From contig CAWHOE010000064.1 of the NCBI GenBank assembly GCA_963830915.1, forward strand, positions 160,001 through 224,000: a stretch of 64,000 nucleotides of DNA, given 5' to 3'. The position numbers and the translations under genes were made by a program. This document shows, piece by piece, positions 28,707-40,071 of the stretch. Position 1 is the stretch's first letter; every line of letters starts with the position of its first letter. The DNA comes from a candidate division FCPU426 bacterium. GTDB lineage: Bacteria; Oederibacteriota; Muellerivitia; Muellerivitales; Muellerivitaceae. The notes under the pieces were generated by a model. The model was not told the DNA's origin, did no database searches, and worked only from the letters and a program-made list of their open reading frames with translations.

Positions 28707-30455
28707 ATGATCACGCACGATTATTCCCAGTGGCACGAGCCGGAGAAACCTCCTTTCACCATCGACGACCTGGTCAACGCCGTGAAAGAGCTCATGATGC
28801 AGTACCATGTGAGCTTTGACGAGGCCCTGCGCCACCTCCAGGAAAAAGGCATCCCCTACAACCAGTTCCTCAAGGTCAGCGGTCTGGAGGACCTCATCCA
28901 GGGCTATTTGGACGAGCTGGACCGGCAAAAACAGGAGCTGCTGGGGAAATACAGGATCGATGAGGTCCTGAACCAACTGGAGGATGATATCCGCCGGAAA
29001 AAGGCGGCTTTGGAACAGCAGGTCGCCAAGCTGAAGGATCCTTCCCTCTTGGAAAGACTGAAGGAGGCCCTGGAACAGCGTAATCCCTCCGGTCTATACA
29101 ACCTGGATTGGCAGTTGTCCCGGCTCCAGAACAAAACCGCCGAGGAAGCCAGGCATCAGCTTCAGGAATTGACCAGGCTCATCCAACAAATGAAGTCCCT
29201 GGCCGAACTCTATGAAAACCATGAATTCACAGGCGCCCAAACCCCCACCCTTTCGGAAGCGTCCCGCATGAACGAGAAGCTGCGGGTTTTGGAGGACTTG
29301 GAGGAAAAGCTTCTCGACGCCCTGGAATACGGCGACCTTTTCAATATTGAGCCGGACCTGCTCCGGGAAACTCTGGGCGAGGAAGCCGTCCAAGCCCTTG
29401 ATGAGAAAAGGGAGGAACTCCGCCGCCAATTCACCGAGGCCTTGCAGGCGACCGGCGACGTGGATTACGACGAGGGGACGGACATCTACAAGATCACGCC
29501 GGGGGCCGCCCGGAAGATCGGGGAAAAGGCCCTGAAAGAGGTTTTCTCCCGCCTGTTCACCGACGGGGTAGGCCGGCACCACGCCACCTTTACGGGCGAC
29601 GGGAACGTGGAAATGACGACCACCAAGCCTTATGAGTTCGGGGATTCCCTGACCTCGCTGGACCTGCCGTCCAGCCTGTTGAACTCGGCCATCCGTCAGG
29701 TGGGCGACCCTGGAGGGTTCAAGGATGGGAAGATCCGGATCGACAGCCGGGATTTCATGGTCCACCAGACCAAGGGCGCCGCTTCCTCGGCCATCGTCAT
29801 GCTCATCGACCAAAGCGGTTCCATGTCCCGATACGGGCGTTTTTACAATTCCAAGAAACTCGCCCTGGCCCTGGACGCGCTCATTCGGACCGAATATCCC
29901 GAGGACAAATTGTATTTCGTTTGTTTTTCCACCTTCGCCAAACAGATCACCATCGGCGGCATCCCCGAGTTGGCGCCCAAGCCGGTGACACTGATGGGCG
30001 GGGCGGTCAACATGCGGGTGGACTTCTCCAAGGAAGAGGCGAAACAGGGCCGCGGCGTGATCCCTGAGCACTTCACCAATCTGCAAAAAGGCCTGGAATT
30101 GGCCCGGGTCCTGCTCGCCAACGTGGACACCAAGAATAAAAGCATCCTGCTCATCACCGACGGCGCCCCCACGGCTTTTTACGAGGGCTCCTACCTTTAC
30201 CTGACCTATCCTCCCAATGAACGCACCTATCAGCGGACCATGCGGGAGGTCAAGATGGTCACGGACGAGAACATCACCATCAATACCTTCATGATGGGCA
30301 ATGAGTACGACACGGGGTACTTCGGTGAGGGGGAATTCCTGGAAAGGATGCATGAGATCAACAAAGGCCGTCTGATCTATCCCGCGCCGGATAAATTGAC
30401 CCAGTACGTACTGAAGGATTACCTGGATGGTAAGAAAAAGATCATCCAGATCTGA
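28707..30455 (+). CDS. vWA-domain protein partnered with the AAA+ ATPase
   Basis: MIDAS motifs DQSGSM, TNLQKGL, ITDGAPT. Confidence 0.85.
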   Translation: MITHDYSQWHEPEKPPFTIDDLVNAVKELMMQYHVSFDEALRHLQEKGIPYNQFLKVSGLEDLIQGYLDELDRQKQELLGKYRIDEVLNQLEDDIRRKKAALEQQVAKLKDPSLLERLKEALEQRNPSGLYNLDWQLSRLQNKTAEEARHQLQELTRLIQQMKSLAELYENHEFTGAQTPTLSEASRMNEKLRVLEDLEEKLLDALEYGDLFNIEPDLLRETLGEEAVQALDEKREELRRQFTEALQATGDVDYDEGTDIYKITPGAARKIGEKALKEVFSRLFTDGVGRHHATFTGDGNVEMTTTKPYEFGDSLTSLDLPSSLLNSAIRQVGDPGGFKDGKIRIDSRDFMVHQTKGAASSAIVMLIDQSGSMSRYGRFYNSKKLALALDALIRTEYPEDKLYFVCFSTFAKQITIGGIPELAPKPVTLMGGAVNMRVDFSKEEAKQGRGVIPEHFTNLQKGLELARVLLANVDTKNKSILLITDGAPTAFYEGSYLYLTYPPNERTYQRTMREVKMVTDENITINTFMMGNEYDTGYFGEGEFLERMHEINKGRLIYPAPDKLTQYVLKDYLDGKKKIIQI

Positions 30456-30461
30456 TCTTTA

Positions 30462-32576
30462 TTACCTGGGCGTTCCTTGAACTTCATCCTGCTGGGACTG
30501 GACTAAAGGATAAAGCCGTTCCGATTCTTTGGCCTTTTTAACAGCAGCCAACGCTTCCTTGTCCTGCCCTCCTATTGTGTACAATTCCGCCAATTGGTAG
30601 TACAGGTGGGCCGCTGGATAACCCCTTTGGACCGCTAATTCCAGGGCGCGAAGGTGTTCCCGGTAATGGCTTTCATGGCTCCCATAGTAAAAAGCCCCCA
30701 CTTTCTCCCAAAAAGACGCTTCCAGGAAAGGGTCGCCTTGAACGAGCGGATATTTTTCTAGGATGATCTTCTCCACATTCGCCACGCTATTCAGGTCATA
30801 AGGATGGCCGGTATTCCATGTGATCCCCTGGAAAACCTCATCCGCTTTTACCCACCGAGCGATGACCTGCCGGTCCTTATCCTCGACAGGCAATATGCCC
30901 AGCAATTCATCCCCATCTTTGCCGGCCAAACCCGGAAGAGGGATCCATTGTCCCTCCGGGAACCTTTTTTTCAGGAACGGACCATATTGGATATCCGTGA
31001 GGACCGCCAGCCACCGGGCCGTGGAAGGATTTAGTTGGGGATCAAATGCGGCATTGAAAAAATAACTGGATGTATTAAGGGTTTGGTCTGAGTGGACGTC
31101 CCATTCTCCCAATACAAAACCTGGGCCTTCCTTGTTTTCCCGTTCTTTCAATAACCCAAAAACAAGATGACGATTATAGGATTTCCCGACTTCTGAAAAG
31201 ATCCCGGGGTTCCCCTGGATGGGAACGAAAGGATGGAAGAGTCGGACCAGATCCAAACCCAACGCCAATATCAGGAAAAGGGACAGGAACCAGGGACCAG
31301 CGGAATAGGGAATATTTTTTATGAGCGTCCTTAATCCCATGACCGCCACAAACGATACGATCGGGAGCATCTGGACGACGCGGTATCCTTCCACATTGAG
31401 GGAAAGAATTCCCGGGAGAACGAGTACCAACAGGGCCGTCCCGATCCACTTGGCCCAGGCGGTCCGTCGGAAATGGATGACCTCGGCCAACCCGATGAAA
31501 AAACACCCATCCCAAAGCGGATTCAAGAAACCGCCGATCGTTGGGACATAACTCGCTCCCCGGACTCCTCCCCAGAACAACGCCGCGACATATTGGAACA
31601 TGGTCGCGACTTGGGAACTTAACCCATGTCCTCTAGTCCAACCCGCAATGGCCAAAACATGGCGCCCATAGGAGCTAACGCTCCATTCCCATGCCAAGGG
31701 AATGATCGCCACCATAAAGGCCCCCAGGAACACCCAAAAGTCCTCGGCCCGTTTTTTCTTATGAACGGCCAGGAAAAAAAACAACCCGGCCAGAAATAAG
31801 GAAACAAGCGGGGCCGAATGGAAGGTCAAGTATCCCAATCCCGACCAAAGACCTATCCCTAAAGACCAAGTCCTACTCGCCGTACCCCGCGATCCCCAAT
31901 ATCGAACCATGCCATAAAAAGAGATCAACATCCATAAGGGGACCAGGACGCCACCCAGGGAAAAACGTCCGATAAAAAGGGGCCAAAAGGAAAAAGCCAA
32001 GCCACAACAAAATAACCAGGACAAGGACGGGGAAAATGATCGTCTCGAGACCGACCATCCCGCCCAGACCGTTAATACGGAAAATAGTGCGGACGGGAAC
32101 CAAAGATCGAAAAACGAATTCGAAACGAGTCTGAAAAAGAGCGCTTCGATCCATATGATGAAGGGGGGATCTTGGGAATAGCGGAAAAACTGCCAATCCC
32201 ATTTTTGTGATAGACGGATCGCTTCGATCCCATGCAAACCCTCGTCCCCCGTGGGCCAAATGGGGACTGTGGTCAAACCCCAAAAACGCAGAAGTAAAAC
32301 CCCGGCAATCAACAGTCCCCAAGCCCAGACCGGTATGGGTCTGAGGAATTCAGTCTCATCAAAAGGGCCCGATTCCCCGCTCCAAAAACCGACTTTGCGC
32401 GTCAAGATCACGACAGGCATGACCATTCCCAAAAGGAAAATAATGAACTGAGTCATCAAAGAAAACGGCTGGAAGGACAAAATCACCCCTGTGAATACCA
32501 AAATCCCAAAGATCAGCCCCATAAAATAAATGGGGGACAGGTGGGTATTGGGGTCTTTTGGCGCAGATCTTTTCAA
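30462..32576 (-). CDS. GT-C/ArnT-PMT-like multi-TM glycosyltransferase with a TPR-like C-terminus
   Basis: WPTGDE loop, many TM helices; shares motifs with the 9033 and 34096 genes. Confidence 0.75.
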   Translation of the reverse strand: MKRSAPKDPNTHLSPIYFMGLIFGILVFTGVILSFQPFSLMTQFIIFLLGMVMPVVILTRKVGFWSGESGPFDETEFLRPIPVWAWGLLIAGVLLLRFWGLTTVPIWPTGDEGLHGIEAIRLSQKWDWQFFRYSQDPPFIIWIEALFFRLVSNSFFDLWFPSALFSVLTVWAGWSVSRRSFSPSLSWLFCCGLAFSFWPLFIGRFSLGGVLVPLWMLISFYGMVRYWGSRGTASRTWSLGIGLWSGLGYLTFHSAPLVSLFLAGLFFFLAVHKKKRAEDFWVFLGAFMVAIIPLAWEWSVSSYGRHVLAIAGWTRGHGLSSQVATMFQYVAALFWGGVRGASYVPTIGGFLNPLWDGCFFIGLAEVIHFRRTAWAKWIGTALLVLVLPGILSLNVEGYRVVQMLPIVSFVAVMGLRTLIKNIPYSAGPWFLSLFLILALGLDLVRLFHPFVPIQGNPGIFSEVGKSYNRHLVFGLLKERENKEGPGFVLGEWDVHSDQTLNTSSYFFNAAFDPQLNPSTARWLAVLTDIQYGPFLKKRFPEGQWIPLPGLAGKDGDELLGILPVEDKDRQVIARWVKADEVFQGITWNTGHPYDLNSVANVEKIILEKYPLVQGDPFLEASFWEKVGAFYYGSHESHYREHLRALELAVQRGYPAAHLYYQLAELYTIGGQDKEALAAVKKAKESERLYPLVQSQQDEVQGTPR

Positions 32577-32703
32577 ACGATGATCCTTTTATGATCCCTA
32601 TCGGGCTAACTGCTTTCGATTATCTTAGTTGAGTGGAAATGCCTTATAAACTAAATAACAAAGCGCGATCCTTTCTGAACTTTTTCCTTTTTGACTAAAG
32701 TCC

Positions 32704-34056
32704 ATGCCGAGCCGGATGATCTATTTTCTAGTAAGATGTCCCCTGAATCTAAAAAGACTCATGTCGTTTGGCGTTGAAATCGAACGAAAGACCAAACCTT
32801 TGAAGATCACAACAACTCGTCCGCCGAACCCCTCCGAACCCGAAGACATGGCCGTCTTGACCGGATGGCGAAAGACATTCGCCGCTCTTCGAAACGAGAA
32901 TTACCGGTATTTCTTCATGGGCCAAGGGGTTTCACTCATGGGGACTTGGGCTCGATCCTCGGCCTTGGGATGGATGGCTTTCGCGATTACAAAATCGGAG
33001 TTCTTATTGGGAATGGTCAACTTTTTGAACTCTCTTCCTTTTTTCCTTTTCGCCATTTATGCAGGTTCTCTAGCAGACCGTTTCCCAAAATTAAGGATTT
33101 TCACCATTACAAGTTGTTTCGCTATGACCTGCTCTTTGATCTTAGCCTTGTTGCTTTTCCGCGGTTCTGTGGGAATCGGAGTTTTGCTCCTTTTCGCCCC
33201 ACTTTGGGGACTTGCAATAGCTTTTGAAATGCCGGCTCGGCAAACGCTCATGGTGGATTTGGTCGGAAAAAAAGATCTTGTCAATGCCATCGCTTTGAAC
33301 AGCGCCATGGTCAATTCCGCTCGAATTATCGGACCTGCTATCGGGGGAAATCTTTACGCATTTTTTGGGGCGGCTTGGTGCTTCCTCATGGACGCCTTGA
33401 GTTTTTTAGCCGTTCTTTTTGGTATCTATAAAATCAAACTCCCCCCCTCGCATAACTCCAAGTCCTCAAGAGGTGATCTCAAGCACATTCTGGAAGGATT
33501 TTCGCATTTAAAATCCAACCCAAAGATGGCCGAGACCATCTCATTGCTTTTCATACTAGGCATCGGAGGGTGGGCTTATCAATCTCAAATGCCAGCCTTT
33601 GTATCCAAGCAATTAGGAATGGGAGTCAAGTACAACGGATTCCTTTTGGCCATAAACGGCTTGGGTGCCTGCGTTGCGGCCCTAACCGTAGCCCGTCTTG
33701 GGCAAGTACTTATAAGGACTAGAACTTTATATATCGGAATCGGAATTTTTAGTTCCTTTATTATCCTATTTGGATTCATACACAACCCCATTGGAGCCGC
33801 CTTAGTTATATTCTTTGCCGGTTTCGGAATCATTCTGTTCTTCTCCACCGGCAACAGTTTCATCCAAACTAATTCCCCCGACCATTTGCGGGGACGTCTG
33901 ATGGGGATCTGGGCGCTTGTGTTCGGCGGAGGCATGCCGATCGGAAGTCTTTGGATGGGGATCGTGGCTTCACACACCGGCTCAGGCGTCGCTTTGCAGT
34001 TAGGGGGAATTTTTTGCGCGACGGGCGCTTTATTGATCTATCGATTCTTCCATTGA
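32704..34056 (+). CDS. MFS transporter
   Basis: AGSLADRFPK, NAIALNS...ARIIGPAIGG, PDHLRGRLMG; start uncertain. Confidence 0.9.
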   Translation: MPSRMIYFLVRCPLNLKRLMSFGVEIERKTKPLKITTTRPPNPSEPEDMAVLTGWRKTFAALRNENYRYFFMGQGVSLMGTWARSSALGWMAFAITKSEFLLGMVNFLNSLPFFLFAIYAGSLADRFPKLRIFTITSCFAMTCSLILALLLFRGSVGIGVLLLFAPLWGLAIAFEMPARQTLMVDLVGKKDLVNAIALNSAMVNSARIIGPAIGGNLYAFFGAAWCFLMDALSFLAVLFGIYKIKLPPSHNSKSSRGDLKHILEGFSHLKSNPKMAETISLLFILGIGGWAYQSQMPAFVSKQLGMGVKYNGFLLAINGLGACVAALTVARLGQVLIRTRTLYIGIGIFSSFIILFGFIHNPIGAALVIFFAGFGIILFFSTGNSFIQTNSPDHLRGRLMGIWALVFGGGMPIGSLWMGIVASHTGSGVALQLGGIFCATGALLIYRFFH

Positions 34057-34095
34057 TCCCGAAAATGATTTACAACGAGCTTAAGTTAGTTTTTT

Positions 34096-36189
34096 TCATT
34101 CCCTGATCTCATCCAATTTTTTGAGATTTTCTAAAGCGTTCGTTCTGTCAACAGGCGCTCGCGTCGCTTCCTCAAAAGAACGCTTCGCTTCTTGATAGTC
34201 GCCCATGAAAACCAGCACCGCTCCCATCTCGTTATAAAGATTTGCCGCGGGATATCCTTTATGAAGGGCGGTGCGGTATGAGGCTAACGCCGACTTAGCG
34301 TCTCCCACAACACTGTAATAAAGGGCCATCTGGGTCCAATAAATAGATTCCTCAAAAGGATCGCCTTCGAACTGTGAATAATGAGCGTGGAGTAGATCAT
34401 AAATAGGTTTTCGAGATTCCCCGGGTTGCAGGCGCATGTAAAGCGATTTGACCTGACGAATAACCGAATTCGCGTTTCGCCAAACCTCAAGGGTTTTTCG
34501 AGTTCCCTCGTTAAAAGGCAGCCAGCCCAACAAAAGCCCTTTGTTTTCCGAACCCTCGCTTACGACCCAGGTCCATTGACCTTGTGGGAACCTTTTTTTG
34601 AGAAAAGGCTCATAATTGGCGTCGGCAATGATCGCCATTTTCTCGATCTTTTTTTGTTCGATCCTCGGATTCTCAATGACATTGAAACCATAAGTCCCTA
34701 TTTCCAACGTATGATCCAAATAATTGGATGTAAAGTCCATGATCCCCAATGGGATCCCTTTTTCGCTTTCCGTTCTTAATAACGGGTATATATTTTGAAG
34801 GTCGGCATTTCTCCATAATTTTCTGGTGCCTTGAAAGTCCTGGAATGGACCGGCATAGTGATAAAGATCCATAGCGCTAGAGGCCATCAGGATCGACACT
34901 AGTAGGGGCCACTTTATTTTGGGTGGTATGTCGGAAATCAGTCCCTTCAATCCAAAGGTCGCCAAGAGGACCATAAAAGGCAGCGCTCCTAAGACCCGAA
35001 ATGTCTCGATCCCTTCCGAGAATAAAGTCGCCGATAGGAACAACGAGAACGAAGCGGCCAGCCCAAGGAGGAGCCTGAACTTCCGACGCCAGAAGAGTTC
35101 AAGGACCCCAATGCCGACCAAACTCCCCAGGATCGAGTTGAAGCATCCTCCCCAAGCCGGCGCGAACGGCGCTCTTCCCAGGCCATTCCAAAAGAGCACA
35201 ATGGGATACCAAAAATTCCAATGGAGGCCGATCTGGCTGTCGATGCGGGCGTGCCCTCCTGAACCAAAAAGGGTCAAAACCATCGGCAAAACCATGATGG
35301 AATAGAGAGCCAAGAATGTAAAAAAATGAGCTTTTTGAACACTTCGGCTAATGAAACAAAAAAAGAACATGGCTAGGGTTACCCATACGGCCAGGATTAT
35401 TCCCGCGTAGGCCGCGTAAACCCCGAGCGCCGTAACGAAGGAAAGGAACATGACCGTTTTCCACCGATGGAAAGACCCGGTCAAATCGGGAATGGAAAGG
35501 ATGAGAAAAAAACAGATCATCTCAAGGAATAAAAAGGCGTCGCCCCAACCGCAAAGTCTCGAGAGGGAAAAAGGCCAGAAACTAAGTCCCAATATCCAAC
35601 AAAAAGTGAACGGACCTTCTTTTTGATCGACTCGACGGGCCAATAAGTATCCAACCCCGACCGTCAAAAGCGACAAAAGGGTCGTAAAAAGTCTCAAAGA
35701 TAAGAATGAAACCGGGATGAGTTTGAAAAAGAGGCCCATCCACCAGATGGTAAGGGAAGGGCTCTGGCTTTCTCCCCAAAGCAACCGCCAATCCCATTTC
35801 TCGGCGTTCTCCGCGCCCAAAAAAGCGTAGAGTCCCTCATCCATCAAAGGCCATGCGGGAAAGGTTGTGAGTCTGAAGAAATGGGTGAAAAAAAGGACCG
35901 GGATGAACAAAAACCAAAGGATCGACGGGAAGTCCCCCGTAACTGGGTGGTCCTGGGACGGTTGAAACCTTCCTTTCCAGGCCAGAACGAAGGCGAATAT
36001 CAGCGGAAGCGCCAATCCCAATAATACGACCCAGAGGATGGTTTCGATGGAAAGGGACACATAGGACAAAAGGCTGTTAGCGGTGAGGAAAATGAGGAAA
36101 AACGGCCAATGCCGATAGTTAAGATTGTTTTTTAATGCTTGAAACATCTTCAATCCGTTCCGTTTTCTTACGGACAATTTCTCGATCAA
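34096..36189 (-). CDS. GT-C/ArnT-PMT-like multi-TM glycosyltransferase with a TPR C-terminus
   Basis: WPLMDE loop, many TM helices, TPR LYNEMGAVL...EAKRSFEEA. Confidence 0.75.
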   Translation of the reverse strand: MIEKLSVRKRNGLKMFQALKNNLNYRHWPFFLIFLTANSLLSYVSLSIETILWVVLLGLALPLIFAFVLAWKGRFQPSQDHPVTGDFPSILWFLFIPVLFFTHFFRLTTFPAWPLMDEGLYAFLGAENAEKWDWRLLWGESQSPSLTIWWMGLFFKLIPVSFLSLRLFTTLLSLLTVGVGYLLARRVDQKEGPFTFCWILGLSFWPFSLSRLCGWGDAFLFLEMICFFLILSIPDLTGSFHRWKTVMFLSFVTALGVYAAYAGIILAVWVTLAMFFFCFISRSVQKAHFFTFLALYSIMVLPMVLTLFGSGGHARIDSQIGLHWNFWYPIVLFWNGLGRAPFAPAWGGCFNSILGSLVGIGVLELFWRRKFRLLLGLAASFSLFLSATLFSEGIETFRVLGALPFMVLLATFGLKGLISDIPPKIKWPLLVSILMASSAMDLYHYAGPFQDFQGTRKLWRNADLQNIYPLLRTESEKGIPLGIMDFTSNYLDHTLEIGTYGFNVIENPRIEQKKIEKMAIIADANYEPFLKKRFPQGQWTWVVSEGSENKGLLLGWLPFNEGTRKTLEVWRNANSVIRQVKSLYMRLQPGESRKPIYDLLHAHYSQFEGDPFEESIYWTQMALYYSVVGDAKSALASYRTALHKGYPAANLYNEMGAVLVFMGDYQEAKRSFEEATRAPVDRTNALENLKKLDEIRE

Positions 36190-36306
36190 GCATCCACCTT
36201 GATTTCTTTTTTATCCTATCATGAAATCCGACCCGTTGACGATTTCACTGGCATCAATTACCGTAATGTCGTCTTGGATTCCTCTTCATAAACGGAGTGT
36301 CCTCTC

Positions 36307-38157
36307 TTGAACGTCCTTCCCTTGATGCTGACGGCCCTATTAGTGATGGTGATCGCCTACCGTTATTACAGCGCCTTCCTGGCGGCGAAAGTCGTGGCCC
36401 TAGATGATAAAAGGATCACACCCGCCCACACTTTGAACGACGGCTATAACTATAAGCCCATCCAAAAAGGGGTGTTATTCGGCCAACATTTCGCCAATAT
36501 CGCCGGGTCCGGCCCCTTGATCGGGCCTGTCCTGGCAGCTCAGTTCGGTTATCTTCCGGGTTTCCTTTGGCTCTTGATCGGGGTCTGCCTGGCGGGAGCA
36601 GTTCACGACTTCATGATCCTGGCCGCTTCCGTTCGGCGGAAGGGCCGGTCCCTGGCCGATATCGCCCGGCACGAGATCAGTCCCCTTTCCGGAGTGGTCG
36701 CGTCCATCGCCATCTTGATCATCGTCATCGTGGCCTTGGCGGGACTGGGGATGGCTGTGGTGAACGCCTTGAAAGGCAGTCCTTGGGGTGTTTTTTCCAT
36801 CAGCATGACCATCGCCACGGCCGTACTGGTGGGTTTCTGGATGTTCCGTTTCCGGGTGGGCAAGATCAGGGAAGTAAGCGTTTTCGGGGTGATCCTGGTG
36901 GCGTCAGCCGTGGTTTTCGGGGTTTTCATTCCCCATTCCCCTCTCGCTCCCTACTTTACCCTTTCGGGGAACGGTGTCATTTTGGCCATCGCTTTTTATG
37001 GTTTCATCGCCTCGATCCTTCCCGTCTGGATGCTCATGACCCCCATGGGATACTTGAGTTCCTATATGAAAATAGGCACCATCGCGGCCTTGATCGTTGG
37101 GATCATCCTGGTACATCCGGACTTGAAAATGCCGGCCTTGAGCCAATTCGCGGGTGGCGGGGGCCCCATCATCCCCGGCAAACTCTTCCCCTATGTATTC
37201 ATCACGATAGCCTGCGGCGCCATTTCAGGGTTCCACGCCCTTGTTTCTTCCGGCACGACCCCCAAAATGATAGATAAGGAATCGGATATCCGAACCATCG
37301 GTTATGGAGCCATGTTGGTGGAGGGTCTGGTCGGGGTCGTGGCCCTGCTGGCCACCTGTTCGTTATTCCCCGCCGATTATTTCGCCATCAATGTCCCTCT
37401 GGATAAATTCCAGGCTTTGGGCATGACCCCCGTGCGTTTGCAGCAACTCTGCCAGGCGGTAGGAGAGAATGTCCAAGGCCGTCCCGGCGGGGCGGTTTCC
37501 CTGGCGGTAGGCTTCGCCCAGATATTCTCTGGCATTCCAGGCCTTGAGAATCTGATGAATTATTTTTATCACTTCATGATCATGTTCGAGGCATTGTTCA
37601 TCCTTACCACGATCGACGCGGGAACGCGCATCGGACGATTCGTATTGCAAGAATTCCTGGGTCGTTTTTGGAAGCCTTTTGAAAACCCCCACTGGGTTCC
37701 GGGAACATTCCTTTGCACGGGTTTCGTCGTCGCCTTTTGGGCTTACCTGATCTGGGCCGGAAGCGTCAGCACCATCTGGCCTATGTTCGGAACCGCCAAC
37801 CAGTTACTGGCCAGCGTGGCCCTCGCGGTGGCGACCAGCGCCATCATCAACGCGGGTCGGGCTCGTTATGCCTGGACGACTTTCATTCCCATGGTTTTCG
37901 TGGCATCGACGACCCTTTCGGCCGCCTGGTTGAACATCTGGGATAATTTCCTTCCTCTTGCGATGTCCCATTCCGAAAGGTCCGGAGCGGCTTACCTGAA
38001 CGTGGTTTTAACGGCCATCATGATGATTTGCGCGGTCATCGTCATGTGGGAGTCATTTCGCAGGTGGTTCATGATCCTCATTCGAGGGAAACATCCCAAG
38101 GAGGTCCGGGATGGAAAATCCCGGGACCGTAAGATGCCCGATTATGGCTGTTGTTGA
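36307..38157 (+). CDS. cstA: Carbon starvation protein A family transporter
   Basis: [46 protein letters not shown]. Confidence 0.95.
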   Translation: MNVLPLMLTALLVMVIAYRYYSAFLAAKVVALDDKRITPAHTLNDGYNYKPIQKGVLFGQHFANIAGSGPLIGPVLAAQFGYLPGFLWLLIGVCLAGAVHDFMILAASVRRKGRSLADIARHEISPLSGVVASIAILIIVIVALAGLGMAVVNALKGSPWGVFSISMTIATAVLVGFWMFRFRVGKIREVSVFGVILVASAVVFGVFIPHSPLAPYFTLSGNGVILAIAFYGFIASILPVWMLMTPMGYLSSYMKIGTIAALIVGIILVHPDLKMPALSQFAGGGGPIIPGKLFPYVFITIACGAISGFHALVSSGTTPKMIDKESDIRTIGYGAMLVEGLVGVVALLATCSLFPADYFAINVPLDKFQALGMTPVRLQQLCQAVGENVQGRPGGAVSLAVGFAQIFSGIPGLENLMNYFYHFMIMFEALFILTTIDAGTRIGRFVLQEFLGRFWKPFENPHWVPGTFLCTGFVVAFWAYLIWAGSVSTIWPMFGTANQLLASVALAVATSAIINAGRARYAWTTFIPMVFVASTTLSAAWLNIWDNFLPLAMSHSERSGAAYLNVVLTAIMMICAVIVMWESFRRWFMILIRGKHPKEVRDGKSRDRKMPDYGCC

Positions 38158-38163
38158 CCACTC

Positions 38164-38198
38164 AAAAAAAAGGGCGTGGAGATAACTCCACGCCCTTT
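38164..38198. terminator. Bidirectional terminator between convergent genes
   Basis: A8-GGGCGTGGAG-ATAA-CTCCACGCCC-TTT. Confidence 0.85.
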
Positions 38199-38212
38199 AT
38201 CCAAAATCTTTT

Positions 38213-38749
38213 TTACATCAAACCCTGAATGAAAAAAGCCAGCCCGATCAAACCAAAGACCATACTGACGTACCAGAAGGGCTTCCGGCGGGTCAAAGCC
38301 GAGATGGCCCCGATCGCGATGGCCACCTGGAACAAAGTAACGCTGTGGGCCAAACCCTCGTGATGGGCCAGATGGGATTCGGATTCTTCCTGGTCTTTCT
38401 TGGCCTCTTCTCCTATCTTTTCCTGTTCTTCCTTGTACTGTTCCATCTTCTTTTCATCCGCTTCGGATGGCTTATGCTTCAACGCCGTCAACAAATCAAT
38501 CTTGGATCCTAAAACCGCTGATTTGATGCCTTTGGCTTGATAGAAAGCCCATTGGTCCGAGGCTTTGATCTGGTCCAGCATCGCCTCGTTGGCGTGAAAC
38601 CCCGCCATGAGGGCCGCCATCGCCGCGAAAGCGGCGAGAAAGGCCGAGCTCAGAGCCACTCCCAGGATCCATCGTTCCTTATTTTCCTCGGCGCTATGCT
38701 CCATGTGTTCGTGGAGGTGTTCGGTAGGTACTTCGATCTCTTCTGGCAT
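38213..38749 (-). CDS. DUF4337-family membrane protein
   Basis: ASDQWAFYQAKGIK motif, three TM segments. Confidence 0.8.
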   Translation of the reverse strand: MPEEIEVPTEHLHEHMEHSAEENKERWILGVALSSAFLAAFAAMAALMAGFHANEAMLDQIKASDQWAFYQAKGIKSAVLGSKIDLLTALKHKPSEADEKKMEQYKEEQEKIGEEAKKDQEESESHLAHHEGLAHSVTLFQVAIAIGAISALTRRKPFWYVSMVFGLIGLAFFIQGLM

Positions 38750-38842
38750 TTGACTTCCTTTGATTGGATTTTGTTTACCGCGGATAAATTATGGGAAGGA
38801 CGTTGCTCTGTCAAGTGTGGGTCTGCTGGGGGATCTTGATCG

Positions 38843-39787
38843 TCAGACCGTTTTCGGTCTCCCGAGATCTCCCCCCGCCTCGGTCCAGAATTCCTTGGGA
38901 TGAAGCTGGATATCCCAGACCAGGCCCATCCATGAGAAAACTTTGAGTACGTAATGGGTTGGATCGATCTCCCACCAATAGATACCTTGCCTCTCCGAAA
39001 ACGGGAATCGATGATGGTTGTTATGCCAACCTTCTCCCATCGTGATGATCGAAAGGATAAGGCTATTGCGGCTGTCATCCCCCGTGTCAAAACGTTTTTT
39101 CCCGATCAGATGGGATAGCGAGTTGATACAGAACGTTCCGTGATAAAGGAGGGTCGTGCTGGTGAAGAACCCCCAGCTTAATAGCTGGATCCCATTGGTG
39201 TGAAGTATGGGCGCGGCACGCTGCAAAAAAGAACCTAGTAAAAAAATGCTTCCAGCCAAAACGAATGGCGCCACACCATGATACTTATTGATCCAACGAA
39301 GCTCAGGATATTTGGTCAGGTCTTTCACCGCTTCTTCATTGGTATCCTGATAACGCTTGCAAAGGATCCATCCGACATGGGCCCACCAAAGCCCCCTTAA
39401 TCGGGGCGAATGGATATCCTCCTCGGTATCGGAGAATTTATGGTGATGCCGGTGATGAGCGGCCCACCAGAGTGGGCCCTGCTGGCCGCAAGACGCTCCC
39501 CAAAAAGCCAGGACGAACTGGAAAATTCGGCTCGTTTTATAGGACCGGTGGGAAAAGTAACGGTGGTAGGCCCCTGTAATGGCGAACATCCTGGCGTAAT
39601 ACATGAATAGGCAAAAGATCACCGCGGTCCAACTGAACCCGGTCAGGACCGCGGCGACTCCGATCAGATGTACCCCGATGAAGGCGATACTTCCCGGCCA
39701 ATCGATCTTTTCATCGTGGGTATATTTTCGTTTGAGACGCCGCCACATGGTTTCAGGACGGTTTTTTATCGCTTCAACTTCTATCAT
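38843..39787 (-). CDS. Delta-9-type fatty acid desaturase
   Basis: His boxes HRYFSH, HRHHH, HNNHH. Confidence 0.92.
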   Translation of the reverse strand: MIEVEAIKNRPETMWRRLKRKYTHDEKIDWPGSIAFIGVHLIGVAAVLTGFSWTAVIFCLFMYYARMFAITGAYHRYFSHRSYKTSRIFQFVLAFWGASCGQQGPLWWAAHHRHHHKFSDTEEDIHSPRLRGLWWAHVGWILCKRYQDTNEEAVKDLTKYPELRWINKYHGVAPFVLAGSIFLLGSFLQRAAPILHTNGIQLLSWGFFTSTTLLYHGTFCINSLSHLIGKKRFDTGDDSRNSLILSIITMGEGWHNNHHRFPFSERQGIYWWEIDPTHYVLKVFSWMGLVWDIQLHPKEFWTEAGGDLGRPKTV

Positions 39788-40071
39788 TACACGGGACTCC
39801 CGATCGATCGAACTTTCAAGCGGACAAAAAAACAATTAAGGTTGACGCATTGAGGGAAGAAAAGATGGATCAAAGACTGGACCACTGGCGGTAATCGTTT
39901 CGTTGACGGCTTCTCCCCTTACTGAGGCTCGATACGATTTGGATCGACCCTGGTTGAAGTCTATCATAACGACCAGGTCCAAATGAATAACCACGGGAAC
40001 AAATTATTCCCGATTTTTGAACGTCTTTTCCCAAGAACTCTGAAAATCCACGGGCATTTATCCATCTTGAT

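Noticed and set aside
11159..30353. Long antisense ORFs (e.g. 11159..12532, 13129..14217, 18079..19788, 27290..28714, 29094..30353)
   Set aside because: Shadow frames of GC-rich genes (icd, regulator, moeB, AAA, vWA) with no recognisable motifs.
27248..30455. AAA+ ATPase/vWA pair as a novel defence system
   Set aside because: Matches a widespread chelatase/MoxR-like chaperone pairing in a housekeeping context.
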